A DNA stretch of 47,716 nucleotides from Candidatus Lloydbacteria bacterium CG22_combo_CG10-13_8_21_14_all_47_15 (GTDB taxonomy: Bacteria > Patescibacteriota > Minisyncoccia > Phycocordibacterales > 21-14-all-47-15), in the NCBI GenBank assembly GCA_002771515.1, contig PCTL01000033.1:1-47716 (forward strand). Direction: 5' to 3'. Positions within the stretch are counted from its first letter, which is position 1. Each line of letters starts with the position of its first letter. Below the pieces are notes generated by a model. It was given only the letters and a program-made list of their open reading frames with translations. It searched no databases and was not told where the DNA came from. The translations under genes and the position numbers were made by a program. This document shows, piece by piece, positions 36,154-45,795 of the stretch.

Positions 36154-37893
36154 ATGGAACACACTGAACTGTATAAAATCCGACATTCGCTCGCGCATAT
36201 TCTAGCGATTGCAGTGAAAGAAAAATACCCACACGCAAAAATGGCAATCGGCCCCGTGATTGAAAACGGCTTCTATTACGACTTTGATTTTTCCGGCGGC
36301 GGCTCCCCTACCGACAAAGACTTAAAAGAGCTGCAAAAACGAATGAAAAAACTCGCTTCACAAAACCTTGATTTCACAAAGGAAGAAATTGACGAAACCG
36401 GCGCGCGCGAGCTGTTCAAAAATGAGCCATATAAAATTGAATTGATAAATGAAATTGCGCGATCAGACAGAAAAATTACTCTGTACAAAACCGGTAATTT
36501 TACAGATCTATGCGAAGGACCGCATGTGGTGAATACAAAAGAAATAAGCCCAGACGCGTTTGCACTCACAAGCATCGCCGGCGCGTATTGGCACGGAGAC
36601 GAAAAAAAGCCAATGTTAACGCGAATTTACGGTGTTGCGTTTGAAAGCAAAGAAGCGCTCGCCGAATACAAAGCGATGCGCGATGAGGCGGCAAAGCGCG
36701 ATCATAGAAAAATCGGAAAAGAGCTCGGGCTTTTTACATTCTCCGACTTAGTCGGCTCCGGACTCCCTATGTTCACCCCGAAAGGTACGACGATACGAGA
36801 CGCAATAGCAGAAAAAATCCGCCTACTTCAAGAGCCATATGGATATGAACGCGTATGGATTCCTCACATTGCAAAGCGCGAATTGTATGAGACATCCGGC
36901 CACTGGGAAAAATTTCAGAATGACCTTTTCCATGTAAAGGGCAAAGCCGACGCTGAATTCGTTATGAAGCCGATGAATTGCCCGCACCACACGCAAATTT
37001 ATGCAGCTACGATGCGGAGCTACCGCGACCTGCCAGTCCGTTTTATGGAATTCACCACAAACTACCGCGACGAACAGCCAGGCGAACTTTTGGGTCTCTC
37101 ACGCGTCCGTTCGCTCACGCAGGACGACGGGCATGTTTTTTGCACGATTGAGCAGGTAAAAGGCGAGGCAAAAAATATCGTGGCTGTGATCCGACAATTT
37201 TACTCATCACTTGGAATGTTTAAAAATGATAGTTTCCGCGTGCTACTCTCTGTCCGCGACCAAAGCGCGCCTGACAAATACATCGGCAAGCCGGAGCACT
37301 GGGAAACAGCCGAACAAATGCTCCGAGAGATTGCCGAGGAGGAAAATCTGCCATTTAAGCGTGCCGAGGGCGAAGCGGCATTCTATGGTCCGAAACTTGA
37401 TTTTATGTTCAAAGATGCACTCGGTCGCGAATGGCAACTTGCTACAATACAGATTGATTTCAATATGCCGGAACGCTTCGGGCTTACATATATTGATAAA
37501 GACGGCTTAAAAAAGACACCGGTTATGATACACCGCGCGATCGCCGGCTCGCTTGAGCGGTTTCTTGCAGTCATCATTGAACATTTCGCCGGCGCATTCC
37601 CGGTGTGGCTCGCGCCAATTCAGACAATCGTACTTCCGATAGGCGAGGCGCACCATGAGTACGCGGAGCATGTCTATGGGGTATTAAAAAAAGCCGGTGT
37701 CCGCGCGGCACTGGACTCAAGCGGCGAAACACTTGGCAAAAAAATACGAAGCGCGAATATGCAAAAAATCCCCTATACGCTTGTTATCGGGGACAAGGAA
37801 AAAGAATCGAGCACAGCAACAATTGAAAGTCGCGACAGCGGAACAATCGGAGAAAAACCGATTGAAGAATTTATCGCGCTGATACAAAGCTAA
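36154..37893 (+). CDS. thrS: Threonine--tRNA ligase
   Basis: RHSLAHIL, DLCEGPH, KPMNCPHH, AAFYGPK, IHRAIAGSLERF. Confidence 0.98.
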   Translation: MEHTELYKIRHSLAHILAIAVKEKYPHAKMAIGPVIENGFYYDFDFSGGGSPTDKDLKELQKRMKKLASQNLDFTKEEIDETGARELFKNEPYKIELINEIARSDRKITLYKTGNFTDLCEGPHVVNTKEISPDAFALTSIAGAYWHGDEKKPMLTRIYGVAFESKEALAEYKAMRDEAAKRDHRKIGKELGLFTFSDLVGSGLPMFTPKGTTIRDAIAEKIRLLQEPYGYERVWIPHIAKRELYETSGHWEKFQNDLFHVKGKADAEFVMKPMNCPHHTQIYAATMRSYRDLPVRFMEFTTNYRDEQPGELLGLSRVRSLTQDDGHVFCTIEQVKGEAKNIVAVIRQFYSSLGMFKNDSFRVLLSVRDQSAPDKYIGKPEHWETAEQMLREIAEEENLPFKRAEGEAAFYGPKLDFMFKDALGREWQLATIQIDFNMPERFGLTYIDKDGLKKTPVMIHRAIAGSLERFLAVIIEHFAGAFPVWLAPIQTIVLPIGEAHHEYAEHVYGVLKKAGVRAALDSSGETLGKKIRSANMQKIPYTLVIGDKEKESSTATIESRDSGTIGEKPIEEFIALIQS

Positions 37894-37918
37894 CTTGTTA
37901 GATAAAAAGTGGGTGAAA

Positions 37919-37946
37919 AAAAACGGGCATGAATATGCCCGTTTTT
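37919..37946. terminator. Bidirectional terminator
   Basis: aaaaacgggcat-gaat-atgcccgttttt between convergent genes. Confidence 0.8.
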
Positions 37947-37951
37947 CATAA

Positions 37952-38188
37952 TCAATATTTGAAATTCATTCGATGCACAATCCGTTCAAAACCGCGGCTA
38001 CCCCACATAAACTTTATACCGTTTGAGGAGCACCCTTCGTCTTTTTGTATTTCTATATAATCCGGATGTGCGTCCTCTTCCGGAACATGACTATCAGTGA
38101 ACACAATCCTAACTTCACCTTCTGCGCCTACAGAGATTACATCGGAAATAGTTTTGCCTTTCAAAATTTCCCTAAGAGCTTCTACCAT
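37952..38188 (-). CDS. Small hypothetical protein
   Basis: 78-aa ORF with G-rich SD, ending at the terminator. Confidence 0.55.
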   Translation of the reverse strand: MVEALREILKGKTISDVISVGAEGEVRIVFTDSHVPEEDAHPDYIEIQKDEGCSSNGIKFMWGSRGFERIVHRMNFKY

Positions 38189-38249
38189 AACGCCCCCTTT
38201 ACGCAAAGGTTACAAATACTAAACCCCCCTTAGGCTTAACACGCAGGTG

Positions 38250-40313
38250 TTATATGTCAAGATTCGCCATTTTTGCGTTTGTTTGGATGAAAGATTTCCG
38301 CGACGGTACATCAGTGCCCATAAGAATATCAAATGTACGATCCGCTTCTTGAGCGTCTTCAACTGTCACTCGCTTCAAAATTCTAGTTTCCGGATTCATT
38401 GTAGTTTCCCAGAGCTCATCCGGGTTCATTTCGCCGAGACCTTTGTAGCGCTGAATATGTACTTTCTTTTTCTTCGCGGTCTGCGCCACTTCTTCCCCGG
38501 CCATATCCTCTACGGTACCTTCCACGGCTTCCACCTCTTCTTCTTCGCCGATTTCCCGTGCTTCATCTTCCGGTACACCGAGTTTTTTCAAAATACCGCT
38601 TTTTTCGTCTTCAGTATATGCATAGCCGATTTCTTTTCCATATTGGATTTTATAAAGCGGCGGCTGTGCGACAAAAATATGCCCCGCTTCTACAAGTGGA
38701 CGGAAGTGACGGTAAAAAAGCGTCAGAAGAAGCGTCCTGATATGTGCGCCATCCACATCGGCATCCGTGGCGATTATAACTTTATGATAGCGAAGTTTCG
38801 CAATCTCAAATGTATCTGCAATAGCCGTACCGAGCGCGATAACGAGCGCCTTGATTTCCACGGACGCAAGCATCTTATCAAGCCGCGCGCGCTCTACATT
38901 TAAAATCTTTCCTTTAAGCGGCAAAATCGCCTGCGTGCGCCTGTCGCGACCTTGTTTTGAAGAGCCACCAGCGGATTCACCCTCCACAATAAATAGTTCG
39001 GACTCTTCTGCGCTTTTTGTCTGGCAGTCAGCAAGCTTTCCAGGAAGAGTGAGCCCCTCAAGAGCGCCTTTCCGCAATACACTGTCTTTAGCGGCTTTTG
39101 CAGCTTTCCGCGCGCGGAGTGCCAAAAGTACTTTTCCCAAAATACTCCGCGCCTCGTCCGGATTTTCCTCAAGAAACGAAGCAAAGGCCTCCCCGAACAT
39201 GGATTCTACAGCTCCGCGCGCTTCCACACTGCCAAGCTTTGCTTTCGTCTGGCCTTCAAACTGGATCTCCCGAAGCTTTACGGAAATGACCGCCGTCATA
39301 CCTTCGCGCACATCATCACCAGTCAGCGTGCCGTCTACATCTTTAATCAAATTATTCTTTTTGCCGTAATCATTCAAAATACGCGTTAGTGCTGTGCGAA
39401 AGCCCGTCACATGCATACCACCCTCGGCATTGTATATATTGTTTGCAAAAGCAACCTCTCGCGATGAAATATCGTCCACATACTGTAGCGCCACCTCCAC
39501 CCATACCCCATCTTTCTCTTTTTCAATATAAAATATCGTCTTGTGTACCGGCTTCAAATGTTCATTATAAAACCGCACAAGAGATTTCAAACCACCTTCA
39601 AAATAAAATGTGATTGACGGTACTTCCAGATTAAGCTCGGAAAGATAAAATACTTTCTCATCCGAAATAATGCCTTTGTATTCGCGCGCGTCAATAATCG
39701 TCACACGAAGCCCCTTCACAAGATACGCTTGCTGGCGTAGATGGTCTGTAATACGCTTCCATTCAAATTCAATGATTGGGAAAATGTCCGGGTCCGGTTC
39801 AAAGGTGACGATTGTGCCGTGAAGTTTTGACGCGGAAGTCTTTTTCACAGCCGCCTTCCGCTTGCCTTTCGCATATTCTTGCACATAATTACCACCATCG
39901 CGATGCACTTCCACACGCGCCCATTTTGAAAGCGCGTTTACGACAGACGCGCCAACGCCATGCAAGCCACCCGAGATCTTGTACCCTTCACCGCCGAATT
40001 TGCCACCGGCATGGAGTGTCGTCATTACAGTTTCAAGTGCGGATACTTTCGTTTTTTTATGCTTATCCACCGGAATACCACGGCCATTGTCAGTCACGCG
40101 TATACGATTGTCCGGCAATAGCGCCACCTCAACATGGTCGGCAAATCCACCCATCGCCTCATCTCGGCCATTATCAAAAATCTCCCACACCAGATGGTGC
40201 AAACCTTCAATGCCGGTCGTTCCGATATACATGCCGGGACGCTTGCGTACAGGCTCAAGACCTTCCAGAACAGCAATATCTTCGGCGTTATAATGATGCT
40301 CGTTTTTTGGCAT
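38250..40313 (-). CDS. gyrB: DNA gyrase subunit B (type IIA topoisomerase B subunit)
   Basis: VRKRPGMYIG, GGLHGVGASVVN, VEGESAGG, PLKGKILN, DADVDG, RYKGLGEM. Confidence 0.95.
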   Translation of the reverse strand: MPKNEHHYNAEDIAVLEGLEPVRKRPGMYIGTTGIEGLHHLVWEIFDNGRDEAMGGFADHVEVALLPDNRIRVTDNGRGIPVDKHKKTKVSALETVMTTLHAGGKFGGEGYKISGGLHGVGASVVNALSKWARVEVHRDGGNYVQEYAKGKRKAAVKKTSASKLHGTIVTFEPDPDIFPIIEFEWKRITDHLRQQAYLVKGLRVTIIDAREYKGIISDEKVFYLSELNLEVPSITFYFEGGLKSLVRFYNEHLKPVHKTIFYIEKEKDGVWVEVALQYVDDISSREVAFANNIYNAEGGMHVTGFRTALTRILNDYGKKNNLIKDVDGTLTGDDVREGMTAVISVKLREIQFEGQTKAKLGSVEARGAVESMFGEAFASFLEENPDEARSILGKVLLALRARKAAKAAKDSVLRKGALEGLTLPGKLADCQTKSAEESELFIVEGESAGGSSKQGRDRRTQAILPLKGKILNVERARLDKMLASVEIKALVIALGTAIADTFEIAKLRYHKVIIATDADVDGAHIRTLLLTLFYRHFRPLVEAGHIFVAQPPLYKIQYGKEIGYAYTEDEKSGILKKLGVPEDEAREIGEEEEVEAVEGTVEDMAGEEVAQTAKKKKVHIQRYKGLGEMNPDELWETTMNPETRILKRVTVEDAQEADRTFDILMGTDVPSRKSFIQTNAKMANLDI

Positions 40314-40514
40314 AAATTTTTGGCATAAATAAAAAATAGGGCAAATGCCTACTCTATAATCTCAGCCTATAACCCACTTAGTGGTTGAGCCACTAAGTGG
40401 GGCTTGGGAGATAAGAATTTGCGGTTTCTCCCTTGTTTTTAGTATAGCACATATTACCCTTGAAATAAAGGAAATTATCCCCTTTTTGGCGGCTTGGTTA
40501 AGCTGTTTTTTATG

Positions 40515-41588
40515 CTAAATCTTGAACTCAATCACATCACCATCCGCTACTATATATTCCTTGCCCTCTGTCTTTACCATGCCTTTTTCGCGAGCTGCTG
40601 CGTATGACCCGGCATCCAAGAGCGTCTGCCAATGGATTACATCCGCGCGGATAAATTTGTCGCGAAAATCAGTATGAATAGCGGTGCCCGCCTCAGGTGC
40701 AGTGGAATCTTTTTTGATTGTCCACGCGCGTGTCTCGTCTTCACCTGTTGTAAAGAAAGTAATCAACTCGAGCAGTTCGTAGCTCGCGCGGATGAGTGCG
40801 TCAATCCCGTCGCTCCCTTCAGCCGCGCCGAGTTCCTGCCGAAATACCGCCCGTTCTTCCCCCTCAAACTCTTTCAGCTCATCTTCAATTTTTGCGTCAA
40901 ACACAACATACTTGGAAATGAGATCCGCGAAAGAAGAAACATCAATGTTATTTGAGCCGACTTTCATATTAAACGCATATAAAATCGGCTTCATCGTAAG
41001 TAAGTGAAGACCTTGGAGCATCATTTTTTCTTCTTTTGAGAGTTCCGCATCCTGGGCGAGCTTTCCCGCTTCAAGTATTGCAGATATTTTTTCAAGGAGC
41101 GATTTTTCTGCGTGCGCATCCTTATCACCGCGTTTTACTTCTTTTTCCAGATTGCCCAGACGCTTCGCCACCGTCTGTAAATCCGCCATCATCAACTCAA
41201 GATTAATAATTTCAATATCCGAGAGCGGGTGTACCTTGCCATGCACATGCGTTATATTCGCGTCGTCAAAAATCCGCACTACTTCCAAAATAGCGTCAAC
41301 TTCGCGTATATTCGCCAAAAATTTATTTCCAAGCCCCTCACCGGCAGACGCACCTTTCACAAGACCCGCAATATCCACGAACTCTATCGCGGCTGGAATC
41401 GTCTTTTCGGAATGCGAAAATTCAGAAAGTTTCCAAAGCCGTTCGTCTGGCACGGCAACCACCCCAACCGACGGGTCAATCGTTGTAAATGGATAATTTT
41501 CCGCCGCAACTGCCTTTTTCGTCAACGCATTGAAAAGCGTGGACTTCCCAACATTCGGCAGACCGACTATACCGATAGATAGTGACAT
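40515..41588 (-). CDS. ychF: Redox-regulated ATPase YchF
   Basis: GIVGLPNVGKST, DIAGLVKGAS.GEGLGNKFL, DGDVIEF. Confidence 0.96.
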   Translation of the reverse strand: MSLSIGIVGLPNVGKSTLFNALTKKAVAAENYPFTTIDPSVGVVAVPDERLWKLSEFSHSEKTIPAAIEFVDIAGLVKGASAGEGLGNKFLANIREVDAILEVVRIFDDANITHVHGKVHPLSDIEIINLELMMADLQTVAKRLGNLEKEVKRGDKDAHAEKSLLEKISAILEAGKLAQDAELSKEEKMMLQGLHLLTMKPILYAFNMKVGSNNIDVSSFADLISKYVVFDAKIEDELKEFEGEERAVFRQELGAAEGSDGIDALIRASYELLELITFFTTGEDETRAWTIKKDSTAPEAGTAIHTDFRDKFIRADVIHWQTLLDAGSYAAAREKGMVKTEGKEYIVADGDVIEFKI

Positions 41589-41625
41589 AGAAAAGAGTAT
41601 AGCTGAAAAACGCGATAAATAAAAA

Positions 41626-41652
41626 CGCGCGGAACGCATTGCGTTCCGCGCG
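41626..41652 (-). terminator. Intrinsic terminator
   Basis: 12-bp stem cgcgcggaacgc-att-gcgttccgcgcg followed by a T-run on the - strand. Confidence 0.75.
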
Positions 41653-41680
41653 AAGAGAATGTTGTGTGAAGCAAAGAGAG

Positions 41681-42235
41681 TTACGCTTCCTCCATCCGGC
41701 GCAGATATACAGCCGGTTCCATTTGGCACGAAAGGTTCTCAATCGTCTTCCATGAGAGCAGTCGGCGGATACCAAACCGCTGAAGCATAATAATCGCGTA
41801 CACCAGACCGACAGTGCTATACCGCTCCTCAATAGCTTCAAGCCGGCTAATGATAAATTCCGGCACTTCACCGTCACTTTTCCGCGCCGCAAAACACGCA
41901 GGAATACCTTTCAAAATAAGCAAGATATTACCGTCCGGCTGCGCGGCTTTCTGATCAAGTGTTTCAAATAAAATGTTTGAGCATGCATACGGATGAAGGC
42001 CAGCATATTTTTCTTCTCTTAAAATACGGTCTTTCCAATGCATATTCTCGAGTGTCCGCGTCAGACTGACATTATTGATGCATGTTTTACATCGGTTGCT
42101 AGCCCCCGCTTCCGCACAAGAAATATTCTGCAGCTCAACAGGAGTATCATCCTCAAAACGAAACCGAAGACTTCCGATTTCTCTAAAGTTAATCCTTCTT
42201 CTTCCACTATTTTCATTACCCATACCAGTCTCCAT
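41681..42235 (-). CDS. Hypothetical Cys-containing protein
   Basis: 184-aa ORF between 42257..42526 and a terminator; start may be 42223. Confidence 0.55.
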   Translation of the reverse strand: METGMGNENSGRRRINFREIGSLRFRFEDDTPVELQNISCAEAGASNRCKTCINNVSLTRTLENMHWKDRILREEKYAGLHPYACSNILFETLDQKAAQPDGNILLILKGIPACFAARKSDGEVPEFIISRLEAIEERYSTVGLVYAIIMLQRFGIRRLLSWKTIENLSCQMEPAVYLRRMEEA

Positions 42236-42256
42236 TGCGATTGCGGTTCTGTAGCG

Positions 42257-42526
42257 TTATGCGGCGGGTATAGCGCGTATTGCCTGCCGACCGCGCTCTC
42301 CCCGTACCACATGAAGTTTTACTCTGCCACTCTTCTGTGGTGGCGTGTCCCCGACCCACACACACGGATAAAAAATGATTGAATCTCCGTGTCGCGGCTT
42401 TTTTGAATCCGAAGTAACAACATAGCGGATTTTGCCGTTTGGGAGACCTTTCTCCATGACAATATGGGTAATTTTTGCGAGTATCTCTTCTACTTCCTGT
42501 ATCGTGTCGTTATTATGTGCTTTCAA
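42257..42526 (-). CDS. Small hypothetical protein, possibly OB/cold-shock-like fold
   Basis: TTG start with SD AAGGAGGT; beta-rich pattern IIF..VW....P..SGRV.L.V..GERGRQA.RA. Confidence 0.6.
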   Translation of the reverse strand: MKAHNNDTIQEVEEILAKITHIVMEKGLPNGKIRYVVTSDSKKPRHGDSIIFYPCVWVGDTPPQKSGRVKLHVVRGERGRQAIRAIPAA

Positions 42527-42638
42527 TTAGCAACCTCCTTTCCAAGGAACAATTTTTAAATACCGGAATGGAATCCAATGCCGGTATTTTTATCAAAACA
42601 TAATTTATTTATAAAGTCAATATATCGGCATATGCCCA

Positions 42639-43217
42639 CTAGACAGCAATCTTGCCGTAATCATAAAATTGCTTTCCCCACGCTTCCCGTTTGTTAGCGG
42701 GCGTATGCTTCACCGGTCCGATTTCCGAAATGCGTACAGGTGCGATACCACAGAAACGAAGAATGCTGTTTCGCATAGTGAGCGCGGTCCTAGTATGGAG
42801 GAAGAACGGCGGCATAATATCCATCGTCACCACAACACGCGCACTCTTGCCAGTCATATACTTCAAATGTTTCCCGTCACGAAAATTAAAGCCGAAACCG
42901 GGCAGGAGCGCGCGGTCAAAAAATCCTTTAAGTTTCGCGGGCATTGAGCCCCACCAGTTCGGATATGCAATAAAAATATGGTCTGCCCATTTAATGTCTT
43001 CCTGCACGCGCACTAAATCCGGCTCAAGCTCCTGAATTTCCTTGTAGCCCTTATGAAGTATCGGGTCAAACTGGAGGTCGCTGATATTCACACGCCTCAC
43101 TTCATGTCCGCCTGCCTCCGCGCCGGATGCGTATTGTTCAGCAAGAAAGCCGCATATCGTCTCCGGATCTGTATGACCGAGAAATACAAAAATTTTTTTC
43201 TTTTTTTTATCCGCCAT
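42639..43217 (-). CDS. NAD(P)H-dependent oxidoreductase, flavodoxin-like fold (quinone reductase family)
   Basis: LGHTD, WADH...YPNWWGSMPAKLKGFFDR, GKSA.V..TM. Confidence 0.92.
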   Translation of the reverse strand: MADKKKKKIFVFLGHTDPETICGFLAEQYASGAEAGGHEVRRVNISDLQFDPILHKGYKEIQELEPDLVRVQEDIKWADHIFIAYPNWWGSMPAKLKGFFDRALLPGFGFNFRDGKHLKYMTGKSARVVVTMDIMPPFFLHTRTALTMRNSILRFCGIAPVRISEIGPVKHTPANKREAWGKQFYDYGKIAV

Positions 43218-43248
43218 AAATAATACAGTGTATAATTATCCTAAGCTG

Positions 43249-43563
43249 TTAAAACGCATGCAACGCAAAAAATATAATAATAGCGATGACACCACAAAGC
43301 GATACCCAAAAGAGAAGCCATACTAATCCTCTAGGTATTGTCTGCATATCGGTCCGCCGGAACATCCATGCCGCGCAGAAAAACAAAAACACGATAGCTA
43401 CTGTGATGATGCTTTTCCCTATCCAATGGTGCGTAAATGTCACGGCAAGAAAATCCTTAAACGGCTGGAGGAGCTCGCCAAATATCGTAGACAGAGAAAT
43501 CCAGAGTACCGCGATAATCGCGCCCCAGAGTACCATTGCCTGATTGAGAAATCGTCGTGTCAT
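43249..43563 (-). CDS. Small membrane protein (3 TM)
   Basis: Hydrophobic helices with THHWIGK; co-oriented in the cluster. Confidence 0.75.
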   Translation of the reverse strand: MTRRFLNQAMVLWGAIIAVLWISLSTIFGELLQPFKDFLAVTFTHHWIGKSIITVAIVFLFFCAAWMFRRTDMQTIPRGLVWLLFWVSLCGVIAIIIFFALHAF

Positions 43564-43579
43564 ATGTTAACGAAATTAA

Positions 43580-44020
43580 CTAATGCGCGCCTGAAATAAC
43601 TACACCGGAGAGTGCCACATATATACCGAGCGCGGTCACAAGTGACGCGAGCGCGATAATCGCGCTTTTGAAACGCGCGTCTTTTTCTATTCTCGCACCA
43701 GCCGCCACGAAAAGAACCCAGAGTACGAACGCGAGCACCGGCATAAAGAGAAAGATATGCTCTTTCGCCTCCATAAAAAATGCATGCGCCCATGGACTGC
43801 CTCCGTCTTTGATAATCGGCTTCACGACAGGTCCGTATCGCAGCACATAGTAGTAACCGCCGGTAACCCAAGATGTTATGTATGCGAGAAATGCGGCAAA
43901 CCCCGCCGTCTTGAGAAACGCGAGCGATAGCCTCTTTTTGAGAAGCCCCATAAGAACGGCATACGATGCCATAACGCCGATAAGACCGATAACAATATGC
44001 GCGATGAGAAATGTTGTCAT
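43580..44020 (-). CDS. Membrane protein (4 TM, His-containing)
   Basis: IAHIVIG, GGYYY, PWAH..FME.KEH; 4-bp overlap with the upstream gene. Confidence 0.8.
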   Translation of the reverse strand: MTTFLIAHIVIGLIGVMASYAVLMGLLKKRLSLAFLKTAGFAAFLAYITSWVTGGYYYVLRYGPVVKPIIKDGGSPWAHAFFMEAKEHIFLFMPVLAFVLWVLFVAAGARIEKDARFKSAIIALASLVTALGIYVALSGVVISGAH

Positions 44021-44529
44021 ACTCGTGTATGCCTACTATTGCCAATATACCACACTCTGATGCGTTCAAGTATAAAGCCAACCGCCAACACCCACACTAT
44101 ATAGAATAGCATGATCGCCACATATGACGCGTCTAAACTCCGCCAGAGCCCTAAAATCATTGCCGCATACCAAGATGTAAGCGAGAGCGAAAAACCAAGC
44201 CATGACGGAATCGCATGCGCCTGAAGGAGAAGCGCATTAGTGGCAATAATTATGGTTATTGTGAGCTTTGCCCATAGAATCGGATTGTACAAATATCCGG
44301 ATGCGCCTTGAGATACCTTCAATGCAAGCATGCTGAAACCGGACAAAACGAGAAGCACCAAGCCGGTACGGAGAACAAAATATGTCGTCTTCAAAAAGCT
44401 TCCCTCTGTCGGGTCAATCTCGCCATCTTTAATGGCTTTGAGATAAAAAATCTCCGCAAAGGTTGCCCCGCCAACGCCGAGTACCGTCCCTACGATATGC
44501 GAAATAATAAGAATTGTATGCCAATCCAT
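44017..44529 (-). CDS. Membrane protein (about 5 TM, His-containing)
   Basis: ISHIVGTVLGVGGAT, LVLSG, WAKL, N.LLL..H. Confidence 0.8.
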   Translation of the reverse strand: MDWHTILIISHIVGTVLGVGGATFAEIFYLKAIKDGEIDPTEGSFLKTTYFVLRTGLVLLVLSGFSMLALKVSQGASGYLYNPILWAKLTITIIIATNALLLQAHAIPSWLGFSLSLTSWYAAMILGLWRSLDASYVAIMLFYIVWVLAVGFILERIRVWYIGNSRHTRV

Positions 44530-44538
44530 GCGTATTTT

Positions 44539-44772
44539 TTACAAAATCTTTTTGGTCAGTTCTTCTATTTCGGATTTATGCGCTGCAAGCACTTCCATTG
44601 CCGCCACCGTCTGGTCTTTCCCACCTTTCATCTTTGTTTGAATCTCAAGCGCAAGTGTCTGGAAAAACTCGGGGTTATCGGACACCAGCGCGATAAGTTT
44701 CTCCTGTTCGGCTTCCGGCACGCCTTTCATTTGCGTCTTGAGCATTTTTTTCATCAAAAAATTCTTGAACAT
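44539..44772 (-). CDS. Small conserved-type hypothetical protein
   Basis: MFKNFLMKKMLK..., with -10 TACAAT 6 nt upstream. Confidence 0.75.
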   Translation of the reverse strand: MFKNFLMKKMLKTQMKGVPEAEQEKLIALVSDNPEFFQTLALEIQTKMKGGKDQTVAAMEVLAAHKSEIEELTKKIL

Positions 44773-44873
44773 ATTTCTATTGTACCGCGTACTACCAAAA
44801 ACACAAAGTGAGAAATTGCCCCCCGACATAACATCGGAGAGCAATTTCTAAAAAATCTGAATTTGCGCTGAAT

Positions 44874-45311
44874 TTACATATGTCCACCCTTCATATCGTT
44901 CATACCTCCCATGCCGCTGTCTGAACCGCCGCCCATTGCCATATCGCCACTCTTACTGCCAAACCCAATCGCGATAAAAATAATCGCAAGAATAATGTAG
45001 AACCAATTAACGATACCATTAATCTCCATAATGCCTAGGAGTTTGCCAGCACCCGCGCTGCCAATCTGAAAGAAACCGATAATCGCGAGAATCGCGAAAA
45101 TAATACCGAACGACTTCATGAATGATAGACTGCCTTGGTCGCCCTTTTTTGCCATTGCAAGAGCAATAATACCAATAACGATGTGGAAGATGTTCCCAAC
45201 AATGTCAAAATGAAAAAACGCCCCTTCGCCGATAAACGGATTTGGAATGAATCCCAAAATGCCGAATACGATGAATAACCACCCAAAAATCATTGTTATG
45301 TTCTTTGCCAT
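44874..45311 (-). CDS. DUF4383-like membrane protein
   Basis: GILGFIP, NIFHIVIG, 4 TM helices, Gly/Met-rich tail. Confidence 0.75.
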   Translation of the reverse strand: MAKNITMIFGWLFIVFGILGFIPNPFIGEGAFFHFDIVGNIFHIVIGIIALAMAKKGDQGSLSFMKSFGIIFAILAIIGFFQIGSAGAGKLLGIMEINGIVNWFYIILAIIFIAIGFGSKSGDMAMGGGSDSGMGGMNDMKGGHM

Positions 45312-45486
45312 ATATACTCAAACAAAAAGTGATACTGCTATCACATGATAGTGAGAGAGATGTTGTATTGTTTTGTGTGGAGTATACGATACTCCTCGAC
45401 CATTCTTAATTATAAGAAATCGGGGACAGCGGCGCACACAAGTTATCCACAAAAAAACGCCGGTGCGAATGCGCCGGCGTAAGTGG

Positions 45487-45735
45487 TTAAATTGAACGAA
45501 TATGCAACAATGTAAGATTGCGATCAAAATGAAGTTGATATTGTTTGCGAATCGTCAGTATATCAGTGTTTTCTTGTGGAAGTGCGGCTATCAATTTCCT
45601 TGGTACACATATCTCATCATACCCGGAAACGAATACGCATATACTTTCAGTATGCTCTGAAATCAAAGTGCCGACAAAATGTATCTCCCTCAATTCTTTT
45701 GTATTTCGGATACTCACTTCGTCCACATATCTCAT
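45487..45735 (-). CDS. Small hypothetical protein
   Basis: 82-aa ORF with SD AGGAGGG; hairpin at 45457-45480 downstream. Confidence 0.5.
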   Translation of the reverse strand: MRYVDEVSIRNTKELREIHFVGTLISEHTESICVFVSGYDEICVPRKLIAALPQENTDILTIRKQYQLHFDRNLTLLHIRSI

Positions 45736-45795
45736 TATAAACCCTCCTAAAAGCGTGGTATAATTCTCGTATTAGCATAATCATTTTTGAAACCT

